Part shown: positions 56,322 through 64,000 of the stretch, piece by piece
Layout of the letters: each line of letters begins with the position of its first letter
Numbering within the stretch: the first letter of the stretch is position 1
Origin: a bacterium
Lineage (GTDB): Bacteria > UBA8248
Assembly: GCA_965199855.1 (NCBI GenBank)
Contig: OZ241326.1
Coordinates: forward strand, 384,001-448,000
DNA: 64,000 nt
Direction: 5' to 3'
The notes under the pieces: model-generated
The model's input: the letters and a program-made list of their open reading frames with translations, nothing else
Databases searched by the model: none
What the model was told of the DNA's origin: nothing
Position numbers and translations under genes: made by a program

Positions 56322-57218
56322 ATGAGAATCGGCATCCTGTGTCGGGACGCGAAGCTGCACGGCGTCCGGAGAATCTGCGAGGCCGCCAGGCGCAGGAAGC
56401 ACCGCGCGCGCGTTCTGGATCCCTATCGCTTTCTGCTCAAGCTGAACGAGGAGGGCGCCTCGCTCGAGTTCCGCGGCAGGCCCTTTTCGGGGGCGGACGT
56501 CTTTCTGCCGCGCTTGGGGGCGAACATCTCGGAGCACTCCCTCGCCCTGGTGCGGCACCTGGAGGCGGCCGGCGCCCTGGTCGTCAACGGCGCCGGGGCG
56601 ATCGAGACGGCGCGGGACAAGCTTCGCACCCTTCAGCTGCTGGCGCGAAGCGGCCTGCCGGCGCCGCGGACGGCCTTCGCGCCGGACCCGGCGTATCTGC
56701 CCGCCGCCCTCCGCAGCGTGGGCGGCGCGCCCGTCGTCATCAAGCTGCCCCGCGGCGCGCGGGGCGGGGGCGTGATGCGCGTCCGCGACCCCGAGGAGGC
56801 GCAGGCCGTCGCCGACGCGATGTGGAGCCTCCGGCGCGACGCCATCGTCCAGGAATACGTCGGGGAGGCCCGAAAGGGGGAGTTGAGAATCATCGTCATC
56901 GGCGGCGAGGTCGCCGCCGCCTTGCGGAGGCGCGCGCCCAGGGGCGGGTTTCGCGCGAACCTGCATCGCGGCGGCTCCGCGCGGCTGGCCTCTCCCTCCC
57001 GGGAATGCGCGGAACTCGCCGGAGACGCCGCGCGGCTGTGCGGCCTGGAGATCGCCGGCGTGGACTTGCTGGAGACCGGGCGGGGGCCTCTCGCGCTGGA
57101 GGTGAACGCCGCCCCCGGCTTCGAGGGCGTGGAGCGCGCCGGCGGCCCGGACGTGGCCTCCCTCATCGTCGATTACGTCGAGCGGCGCCGCGCGGCGCGG
57201 GAGAGGGGCGAGGCGTAG
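56322..57218 (+). CDS. RimK family ATP-grasp ligase
   Basis: ARDKLRTLQLL, PVVIK, QEYV, FRANLHRGG, AGVDLL, EVNAAPG. Confidence 0.9.
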   Translation: MRIGILCRDAKLHGVRRICEAARRRKHRARVLDPYRFLLKLNEEGASLEFRGRPFSGADVFLPRLGANISEHSLALVRHLEAAGALVVNGAGAIETARDKLRTLQLLARSGLPAPRTAFAPDPAYLPAALRSVGGAPVVIKLPRGARGGGVMRVRDPEEAQAVADAMWSLRRDAIVQEYVGEARKGELRIIVIGGEVAAALRRRAPRGGFRANLHRGGSARLASPSRECAELAGDAARLCGLEIAGVDLLETGRGPLALEVNAAPGFEGVERAGGPDVASLIVDYVERRRAARERGEA

Positions 57219-57223
57219 TTCGT

Positions 57224-57253
57224 TTGCCGATGTTTTCGCGGCGGGTCTATAAT
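57224..57253 (+). promoter_or_regulatory. Sigma70 promoter for proA
   Basis: TTGCCG-N18-TATAAT. Confidence 0.55.
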
Positions 57254-57278
57254 CTCCCGCCCGTCCCGAAGGGCCGAA

Positions 57279-58607
57279 GTGGAGAGATTCGACTTGAGCG
57301 AGATGGACGCCGTATGCCGGGCGGCGAGAGCCGCGGCCCTCGCGCTCGCGCCGCTGGACGATGGGGCGAGAAGCCGCGCGCTCTCCGCCATGGCGGACGC
57401 GATGGAGGCGGAGGCGCCGCGCATCCTGGAGGCGAACGCGGAGGACGCGGCCGCCGCCGCGCCGAGCGGAGAGATGTCCGCTCCCCTGCTCCGGCGCCTG
57501 GAGCTCGACGAGCGCAAAATCGCGCGGATGGCGGCGGGCGCGCGCGCGGTGGCCGCGCTGTCCGACCCCCTGGGCGTCGCGCGCATGGCCACCCTGCTTG
57601 ACGAGGGGCTTACGCTCAGGCGCGTCACGTGCCCTCTGGGCGTCGTCGCCGCCGTGTTCGAGTCGAGGCCCGACGCCCTGGCGCAAATCGCCTCGCTCTG
57701 CCTGAAGTCGGGAAACGCCGCCATCCTGAAGGGCGGCCGAGAGGCCGCGCGCACGAACCGCCTCCTCGCCGATCTGCTTCGGCGCGCGGCCGCCTCGGAG
57801 GGCGAGGTTCCGGCGGACGCCCTTCAGCTCATCGAGGCGCGCGAGGACGTGCAGGCGCTGCTCTCGCGCGATGACGCTGTCGACCTGCTCATCCCGCGCG
57901 GGAGCAACGAGTTCGTCCGCCGCGTCAAGGAGCGATCCAGCATTCCGGTGCTGGGCCACGCGGACGGGGTCTGCCATCTCTACGTGGACGAGGCGGCGGA
58001 GGTCGAAATGGCCGTTCGCCTCGCCGTGGACGCCAAGACGCAGTATCCCGCCGTCTGCAACGCGATAGAGACCCTCCTGGCGCACGAGAGGATAGCGCGG
58101 GCGTATCTCCCCCGGGTCTCCGCCGCGCTGGGAGAGAAGGGGGTCGTCATCCGGGGCTGCGAGGCGACGAGGGCGATTCTCGAGGACGCGCGGGCGGCGT
58201 CCCCGGAGGACTGGGACGCGGAATATCTCGACCTGGTTCTCTCCGTGCGGGTGGTGTCGTCCCTGGACGAGGCGATAGAGCACGTCAACCGGCACGGCTC
58301 GCGCCACACGGAGGCCATCGTCACCTCGGACGAGGCGGCGGCGCGCACGTTCTTCTCGCGGGTGGACGCCGCCAGCGTCATGTGGAACGCCTCGACGCGC
58401 CTGGCGGACGGCTTTCGCTACGGCTTCGGCGCGGAGGTGGGAATCGCCACCGACAAGATTCACGCGCGCGGCCCCGTGGGGCTCGAGGGCCTGGTGACGT
58501 ATAAGTACCAGCTCGCCGGAGAGGGCCACCTGGTCTCCGATTACGAGGGGCCCGGCGCGCGCGCGTTTCTCCACCGGCCGCTTCCCGTGAACGACGAAGC
58601 TCTCTAG
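57279..58607 (+). CDS. proA: Gamma-glutamyl phosphate reductase
   Basis: FESRP, KSGNAAILKGG, IPRG, VCNAIETLL, NASTRLADG, HARGPVGL. Confidence 0.95.
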   Translation: MERFDLSEMDAVCRAARAAALALAPLDDGARSRALSAMADAMEAEAPRILEANAEDAAAAAPSGEMSAPLLRRLELDERKIARMAAGARAVAALSDPLGVARMATLLDEGLTLRRVTCPLGVVAAVFESRPDALAQIASLCLKSGNAAILKGGREAARTNRLLADLLRRAAASEGEVPADALQLIEAREDVQALLSRDDAVDLLIPRGSNEFVRRVKERSSIPVLGHADGVCHLYVDEAAEVEMAVRLAVDAKTQYPAVCNAIETLLAHERIARAYLPRVSAALGEKGVVIRGCEATRAILEDARAASPEDWDAEYLDLVLSVRVVSSLDEAIEHVNRHGSRHTEAIVTSDEAAARTFFSRVDAASVMWNASTRLADGFRYGFGAEVGIATDKIHARGPVGLEGLVTYKYQLAGEGHLVSDYEGPGARAFLHRPLPVNDEAL

Positions 58608-58621
58608 GGACTTTTCCGCGT

Positions 58622-58948
58622 TTGGGCAAATGGCTCCTCGTTCTCCCGTTTCTCGCCCTGGGCGGCGCCCTCGTCGCTTTTTTGCTCTCCTTTCAAAGCC
58701 CGAAGCGGGAGGAGGCTCTCCTCACCCGGGGCGAGGGCGCGGCGGTCTATCGCCGGACGTGCGCCCGCTGCCACGGCGCGCGGGGCGAGGGGGTGGGCGG
58801 TCTCGGGCGGCCGCTGGCGGGCCGCGCGCTTCCCGTCGCCCTGATCAAGGAGATCGTCAAAAGGGGCAAGAACAGGATGCCCGCCCTTCCCCACCTCCGG
58901 GGCGAGGCGCTGGAGAACGTGGCGCGATACGTGAATCGGCTGCGCTGA
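58622..58948 (+). CDS. Monoheme cytochrome c, membrane anchored
   Basis: N-terminal hydrophobic helix, CARCH, distal Met in RMP. Confidence 0.85.
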   Translation: MGKWLLVLPFLALGGALVAFLLSFQSPKREEALLTRGEGAAVYRRTCARCHGARGEGVGGLGRPLAGRALPVALIKEIVKRGKNRMPALPHLRGEALENVARYVNRLR

Positions 58949-58979
58949 GCGCCGCGGCGGGCGCTCGTCCCGCCGGCGT

Positions 58980-59759
58980 CTAGCCTTCGCTCCGCTCCGC
59001 CGTTCGCGCCGCCAGGAAGAAGGCGGCGAGGGCGAAGGCGGCCATGACGAGAAGGGAGGTCCCCGCCTCCGGAAGGTCGGGGGCGGCGTCGGGCGCGCCC
59101 ATGTAGAGCGCTCGCCTCAGAGCCGCCACGCCGTAGGTGAGCGGATTGACCCGCATGACGAACCCGATGAGCGGATGCGCGCCCGAGGCCGGGAACACCG
59201 CGCCCGAGAGCAGCCACAGGGGGATGAGCAGCAGGTTCATGATGGAATGAAAGCCCTGGGTGGATTCGATGCGCCAGGCGAACGCAAGCCCCAGCGCGGT
59301 GAGCGCGAAGCCGATGAGCCCCATCACGAGAGCGGAGGCGAGCGCCGCCGCCGGGGTGAGGGGGACGCCCGCCAGGGGGGCGGCGGCGAGCAGGAGAACC
59401 CCCTGGAGGAGCGCCAGCGTGGCGCCGCCGAGCGTCTGGCCCAGCGCGATGGCGGCGCGCGGGGCGGGCGCGGCGAGCGCGCCCTGCAGAAAGTGCGCCT
59501 TGCGGTCGTCCACCACGGCGAAGGTGGAGAAAATGGCCGTGAACAGCACCACCATGGCGATGATGCCCGGATAGAAGTATTCCAGGTATCCCTCCCCGCC
59601 GCCCGGATAGCGGAAGCTGCGCCCGAAGCCGCTGCCCAGGAGCAGCCAGAACAGGACGGGCTGGCCGAGCGCGCCGATGACGCGGCTGCGCTGGCGCAGA
59701 AAGCGGACGATCTCGCGCTGCCAGATCGTTCCCGCGCAGAGGAGGAAGGAGGACGTCAT
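58980..59759 (-). CDS. ABC-2 type transporter permease
   Basis: WQREIVRFLRQRSR, FYPGI, LSGAVFP, NPLTYGV. Confidence 0.9.
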   Translation of the reverse strand: MTSSFLLCAGTIWQREIVRFLRQRSRVIGALGQPVLFWLLLGSGFGRSFRYPGGGEGYLEYFYPGIIAMVVLFTAIFSTFAVVDDRKAHFLQGALAAPAPRAAIALGQTLGGATLALLQGVLLLAAAPLAGVPLTPAAALASALVMGLIGFALTALGLAFAWRIESTQGFHSIMNLLLIPLWLLSGAVFPASGAHPLIGFVMRVNPLTYGVAALRRALYMGAPDAAPDLPEAGTSLLVMAAFALAAFFLAARTAERSEG

Positions 59760-60724
59760 TTTTTCGCCCCCGCGCCGGAGAGGGCCGCGTCCGCGTCGAG
59801 GAGGCGCCTGCCCGTTTTCCGGATGAAGACGTCCTCGAGCGTGGGCTTGCCCAGAGCGATGGATTGGATCTCGCCGGGAAACGCCTCCGCGATTTTCGGG
59901 ATGGCCGCGTGGGCGCCGCGCGTCCCGGCGCGCAGGACGCCCCCCACGCTTTCGACGGCGCAGGAGAGCGCCTCCTCGAGCTTCGGGCGCAGGCGTTCGG
60001 GGTCCCGCGCTTCGATGGTCAGCACCTCGCCGCCCACCTCTTCCTTGAGCGCGTCGGGGGCGCCGATGGCCACCAGGACGCCCTCGTGGAGGACGCCCGC
60101 GCGGTCCGCGCGATCCGCCTCCTCGATGAAGTGGGTGGTGAGCGCGACCGTGGCGCCCGTCTCCTCCCGCAGTCTTCGCAGTTCGTCTCTGAAGTCGATT
60201 CTGGCCCCGGGGTCGAGTCCCGCGCCGGGCTCGTCCAGGAGCAGCACCTCGGGCCGGGGCAGAAGCGCCTTGGCGAGCTCCGCCCTGCGCTGGAGTCCGC
60301 CCGACAGGGTTTCGACCAGCTCCTTTTCCCGATCGCCCAGGCCGAACCGCGCCAGGAGTTCGGAGGCGGCGGCGCGCAGACGCCGCCCGCGCATTCCGTG
60401 GAGCCTTCCGTGGTGGATCAGGTTTTCGAGGACGGTGAGCTTCGGGTCGAGGCCCGGCTGCTGAAAGACGACGCCGATTTTCCTTCGCGCCTCGCGGGGC
60501 GCGTCGCGCACCGAGCGGCCGAGAACGCGGGCGTCGCCCGAGGAGGGGCGCATGAGCGTGGCGAGGATGCGGAACAAGGTGGTCTTGCCGCCGCCGTTGG
60601 GGCCCAGAAGCGCGAATATCTCGCCCCTCTCCACCTCGAAGCGCGCGTCCCTGAGCGCGACGCGCTCCCCGTAGCGGTGGGTGACGCCCTGAACGGCCAG
60701 GGCGGGGCCGGCGTCCGGCTTCAA
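59756..60724 (-). CDS. ABC transporter ATP-binding protein
   Basis: GPNGGGKTT, LSGG, LLLDEP, TTH, PTLEDVF. Confidence 0.92.
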   Translation of the reverse strand: MKPDAGPALAVQGVTHRYGERVALRDARFEVERGEIFALLGPNGGGKTTLFRILATLMRPSSGDARVLGRSVRDAPREARRKIGVVFQQPGLDPKLTVLENLIHHGRLHGMRGRRLRAAASELLARFGLGDREKELVETLSGGLQRRAELAKALLPRPEVLLLDEPGAGLDPGARIDFRDELRRLREETGATVALTTHFIEEADRADRAGVLHEGVLVAIGAPDALKEEVGGEVLTIEARDPERLRPKLEEALSCAVESVGGVLRAGTRGAHAAIPKIAEAFPGEIQSIALGKPTLEDVFIRKTGRRLLDADAALSGAGAKK

Positions 60725-61095
60725 CGCGGGGCGTCCTCATCGCCGCGCGAGAATTTTTGGCTGAAAAAATAATCCACGTTCAGCCAGATCGCCCGGGAAT
60801 GGCGAAACGAGAGCAGGGGAATCAGGACGCAGAGCCCGCCCCAGGCGATGAGCTGCGCCGTCAGCCCGGGGGCGATGAGCGCCTCGGCGAGAAAGTAGCC
60901 GCCCAGGCAGATGAATATGGTGATGGCGTAGTTGACGTAGATGGCGCCGACGAAGTAGCCCTGCTCGCGCTCGATGAGGTAGCCGCAGGCGGGGCATTTC
61001 CCGCGCATCCGGAAGGGGCCGGTGAACAGGGGTTCGGGACACCTCGGGCACGTAAGCCTGACCCCGCGCCCGAGGGCGCGCAGAAATTCTCTCAT
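60721..61095 (-). CDS. DUF983-like membrane protein
   Basis: CPRC...CPAC...REQGYFVGAIY, two TM helices. Confidence 0.8.
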   Translation of the reverse strand: MREFLRALGRGVRLTCPRCPEPLFTGPFRMRGKCPACGYLIEREQGYFVGAIYVNYAITIFICLGGYFLAEALIAPGLTAQLIAWGGLCVLIPLLSFRHSRAIWLNVDYFFSQKFSRGDEDAPR

Positions 61096-61517
61096 GGCCG
61101 GGGATAGACCACGTAGAGGAGCCAATAGACCATGACGCCGGTGAAGGAGACGTAGAGCCAGACGGGATACGTCCAGCGCGCGATGCGGCGGTGCCGCGCG
61201 AAGTCCCCCCGCCACGCCCTGTAGAGGGTGAGGATCGCCATGGGCGGCACGAAGGCGGCGAGGACGGAATGCGTGATGAGGATGAAGAAGTAGATGGGGC
61301 GAACCCAGTCCGGGCCGGCGAAGCCGACGGAGCCCGCGTGAAAGTGATACAGGAGATAGGAGGCGAGAAACAGCGTGGAGACGAGAAACGCGCCCGTCAT
61401 CAGACGCTTGTGGGCGCGGACGCGCCTCGCGCGGATTCGCCTGACGCCCAGGATGAGCAGGAACGCGCTCGCGGCGTTCAGCAGGGCGTTCAGCGTGGGG
61501 AGATCCCGGAGCGACAT
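61092..61517 (-). CDS. DUF420 family membrane protein (oxidase assembly associated)
   Basis: LPTLNALLN, HKRLM, ILITH, HRRIARWTYPVWLYVSFTG. Confidence 0.85.
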   Translation of the reverse strand: MSLRDLPTLNALLNAASAFLLILGVRRIRARRVRAHKRLMTGAFLVSTLFLASYLLYHFHAGSVGFAGPDWVRPIYFFILITHSVLAAFVPPMAILTLYRAWRGDFARHRRIARWTYPVWLYVSFTGVMVYWLLYVVYPRP

Positions 61518-61543
61518 GGATTCTCGGGGCGCCCGGCGGCGGT

Positions 61544-61840
61544 CTAGAAGTCCGGCAGCACCATCAGCACGACGAACACGCACAGGATGAGCGGAATCAA
61601 CGCTATGAAGCCCAGGGCGATCTTCTCGAATTTCAGGTGCATGAAGTAGAGCGCCACGAGCGCCGCCTTTGCCAGCGCCATGAGGACGAGGAGCGCCCCC
61701 TTGAGCAGCTGCGGATAGGCGGGGCTCGCTTGGGGAATCCCCGCCAGCACCTCGAGTATCGTGAGCGCCAGCAGCCACCAGAAGATGGCCATGTAGTTCA
61801 CGTGATGATCCTGGTGCTCGGCGCGGCTTGCGCTGGCCAT
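61544..61840 (-). CDS. Cytochrome c oxidase subunit IV family protein
   Basis: YMAIFWWLLALTILEV, KAALVALYFMHLKFE. Confidence 0.88.
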   Translation of the reverse strand: MASASRAEHQDHHVNYMAIFWWLLALTILEVLAGIPQASPAYPQLLKGALLVLMALAKAALVALYFMHLKFEKIALGFIALIPLILCVFVVLMVLPDF

Positions 61841-61900
61841 GGCGTGTATTCTCTCCCTCGGACGAAGCCGGGACGCGCCTCCGGGCGGCGCGCCGGACGG

Positions 61901-62524
61901 CTACAGCAGATAGATGAACGTGAACACGAGAATCCAGACGAGGTCCACGAAGTGCCAGTAGAGGCCCGCGATTTCCACCTCGCTCCACCTCGTCGCCGAA
62001 TAGGCGCCCCGCGCCCCGCGAACCGCGATGACGGCCAGGTAGATGACGCCGCCGGTGACGTGCATCCCGTGGAAGCCCGTGATGATGTAGAAGGTGGTGC
62101 CGAAGAGGCCGTCGCCCCACTTGTTGGCGGAAAGGCCGAGGCCCGCGTGAATCAGGTGGGTCCACTCGTAGGCCTGGAGACCCAGAAAGATGACGCCGCC
62201 GCCGACGGTGAGCCACAGGAACTTCACCAGCCCCGCCTGATCGCCGCGCTTCACGGCGTCCAGCCCCTTCACCATCGTCACGCTGCTGCAGATGAGCAGG
62301 AACGTCATGAACGCCGTCAGGGAGATGCCCAGCACCTCCGTGGGGACGGGCCAGTCGGCGCTTCCTCCCCGCATGATGGCGTAGCCCGCCAGCAGGGTGC
62401 CGAACGACATGGCGTCGCCCGCCAGGAATATCCACATCCCCAGCTTGCCCCAGCTTTCGGGGGTCAGGGGGGTTTCCGCAGGTTCTGGGCCGTGGGCGTG
62501 ATCCACGGCGGCGGCTTCACTCAC
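61901..62524 (-). CDS. Heme-copper oxidase subunit III
   Basis: KLGMWIFL, FLGLQAYEW, TGFHGMHV, GLYWHFVDLVW. Confidence 0.93.
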   Translation of the reverse strand: MSEAAAVDHAHGPEPAETPLTPESWGKLGMWIFLAGDAMSFGTLLAGYAIMRGGSADWPVPTEVLGISLTAFMTFLLICSSVTMVKGLDAVKRGDQAGLVKFLWLTVGGGVIFLGLQAYEWTHLIHAGLGLSANKWGDGLFGTTFYIITGFHGMHVTGGVIYLAVIAVRGARGAYSATRWSEVEIAGLYWHFVDLVWILVFTFIYLL

Positions 62525-62543
62525 TGCGCCCTCTCCTTTCCGT

Positions 62544-62777
62544 TCATGTAAAGTCTCTTTCCTCGCCGGCGCTCCCTTTGCCGCGCCTGGCGCCGTAAAG
62601 GAAGCAGCCGCCCGCGATCGCGGCGATGGCGAACGGCATGGCGATCAGAAAGCCCATGCTCCAGAGAAAGCCCGGCTCGGCGTCCAGCCCGCAGACCGCG
62701 CAGGCGAGGGCGGCCTCCCGCGCCAGGAATTCGACGCCCGCGGCCGCTGCGATGAAGATGCGAGCGATGCGCTTCAC
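62544..62777 (-). CDS. Small CxxC membrane protein in the oxidase operon
   Basis: Signal-like N-terminus, ACAVC, one TM helix. Confidence 0.6.
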   Translation of the reverse strand: MKRIARIFIAAAAGVEFLAREAALACAVCGLDAEPGFLWSMGFLIAMPFAIAAIAGGCFLYGARRGKGSAGEERDFT

Positions 62778-62843
62778 CGGAATCTCCTCGTCCCCGAGTA
62801 TGCCACCGCCTTCCCGATGGCGTCAACGGCGGGGCGGATGGCC

Positions 62844-63533
62844 TCAGAGCAGATAGACCAGACAGAACAGCACCGGCCAGAGTCCCACCACCAGATGCCA
62901 ATACATGGCGCACGCGACGACGCCCTCGGGGTTTCGCGCGGAATATCCGCCCATGCGGGCGCGGACGAGAACCGCGAGCAGCCAGACGACCGCGCTCAGC
63001 ACGTGGACGCCGTGCGTTCCGATGATCGCGTAGAATATCGAGCCATAGACGCTCCCCGACGCGGTGAGGCCGAAGTTGACCAGACGCGCCCACTCGTAGC
63101 CCTGGACGGCGAGAAAGAGGACGCCCAGCGCCCCCGCCGCGGCGAGGAATCGCGGAAGTGCCTCCGGCTCGGCCCGCCTGAGCGCGCCCTGGGCGCGGGC
63201 CATGAACCAGCTGCTCAGAAGCAGAAGCCCCGTGTTGACGGCGGTGACCTCCACCGGCAGGCGCGGCTGGAACGGGGGCGGCCAGGGCTTCCCGCTGAAG
63301 CGGAAGACGAGAAAGGCCCCGATGAGGCCCGAGAAGAACATGATCTCGCCGGCGATGAGCACCAGCATGGCGAGCTGGGCGTTTCCGATGAGCGGCTTGC
63401 GGGCGGGGGGCGAATCCCCGGAGTCGTCCCGCCCGCCGTCCTCCCCGGGCGGCTCCGGCGGAGGGGGCGGGGGCGGCGCGTCCTCCCGCCGCTCCCGCGC
63501 TTCTTTCGGCGGGGCTTCCAGAACGGGGTTCAA
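62844..63533 (-). CDS. Heme-copper oxidase subunit III, second paralog
   Basis: EIMFFSGL, NTGLLLLSS, QGYEW, HGVHV, YWHLV. Confidence 0.9.
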   Translation of the reverse strand: MNPVLEAPPKEARERREDAPPPPPPPEPPGEDGGRDDSGDSPPARKPLIGNAQLAMLVLIAGEIMFFSGLIGAFLVFRFSGKPWPPPFQPRLPVEVTAVNTGLLLLSSWFMARAQGALRRAEPEALPRFLAAAGALGVLFLAVQGYEWARLVNFGLTASGSVYGSIFYAIIGTHGVHVLSAVVWLLAVLVRARMGGYSARNPEGVVACAMYWHLVVGLWPVLFCLVYLL

Positions 63534-63549
63534 CGAGAGCCTCCCGCCT

Positions 63550-63660
63550 TCAGTTCCTGATGAGGGCCACGGCCCAGGCGAAGCCCGCCAGGCACGCGAT
63601 GAAGAGAACGAGGAGGAAGCCGGTGCGCCGGTTCCTGTTTTTGACGCGCGTCTCGTCCAT
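63550..63660 (-). CDS. 36-aa single-TM protein (below the ORF-track cutoff)
   Basis: MDETRVKNRNRRTGFLLVLFIACLAGFAWAVALIRN* fills the gap between two operon genes. Confidence 0.6.
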   Translation of the reverse strand: MDETRVKNRNRRTGFLLVLFIACLAGFAWAVALIRN

Positions 63661-63668
63661 CGCCGCGG

Positions 63669-64000
63669 CTACCCGAAAATCATGGCCAGCAGAAGCGCCG
63701 GCAGATAGATGAGCGAGAAGCAGAACAGCCGCCTCGCGGAGACCGCGCCCCTCTCCCTCGCCATGTGAATCGCGTAGCCCAGGTAGATGAGGCCCAGGAC
63801 GGCGGAGAGGGCGAAATAGGCGAGGCCCGCCATGCCGATGAGCGCCGGGGCCATGCCCGCCGGAATGAGTGCCATGCAGTAGGAGACGGCCTGCCTGCCC
63901 GCGCTCGCGCCGCCGGGGTCCTCGACGGGCAGGAGCTTGATGTCCGCCCTGGCGAAGTCCTCCCGATACATGACGGCAATCGCCAGCGCGTGGGGAATCT
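63669..64000 (-). CDS. ctaB: Protoheme IX farnesyltransferase, 3' part (partial)
   Basis: IPHALAIAVMYREDFARA, ARRLFCFSLIYL. Oxidase operon context. Confidence 0.85.
   Translation of the reverse strand, partial: IPHALAIAVMYREDFARADIKLLPVEDPGGASAGRQAVSYCMALIPAGMAPALIGMAGLAYFALSAVLGLIYLGYAIHMARERGAVSARRLFCFSLIYLPALLLAMIFG

Noticed and set aside
581-61547. Many long overlapping ORFs in the track (e.g. 5642..7984 +, 20514..23294 +, 17046..19319 -, 52638..55013 -, 56016..58574 -)
   Set aside because: Arg/Gly/Pro-rich shadow or antisense frames of motif-bearing genes, expected at this GC content.
1-64000. Genome-wide UGA reassignment (Trp/Gly) or pyrrolysine use
   Set aside because: Many genes end at TGA at the expected family length, often in ATGA/GTGA overlaps. 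No in-frame TAG read-through case was seen.
1-64000. CRISPR arrays, tRNA/rRNA (including tRNA-Sec), IS elements, prophage genes
   Set aside because: None recognised by eye. A covariance-model or repeat scan could still find something subtle.

Overview
Very GC-rich bacterial chromosomal window, densely coding, with no rRNA, tRNA, CRISPR array or transposase that I can see. The strongest signal is hidden by the ORF track: two genes are split only by an in-frame TGA that sits exactly at a catalytic Cys position and is followed by a SECIS-like hairpin. These are a UGSC-type selenoprotein (8171-8701, U-G-S-C-T-L-C) and an O6-methylguanine-DNA methyltransferase with active site P-U-H-R-V (11547-12101). 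Both lie in one co-directional run with two crotonases, a non-canonical acyl-CoA dehydrogenase and a thiol-dioxygenase-like cupin. About 5 kb upstream is a tandem array of at least four diverged ~340-aa 'WSDGLPVV' paralogs, a family I recall accompanying UGSC proteins. A lower-GC Vsr/C5-MTase/PLD-REase island and a lone Mo-hydroxylase large subunit separate the two parts. The rest contains an orphan N6-adenine MTase, nadAC, a candidate small RNA, tupABC, a stand-alone dnaN, two disrupted genes, housekeeping genes (tsaC, purE, rarA, udg, coaBC, gmk, yicC, rqcH, hemW, rimK-like, proA), a sigma54 module and the distal half of a heme-copper oxidase operon. All family assignments come from motif recognition, not database searches.
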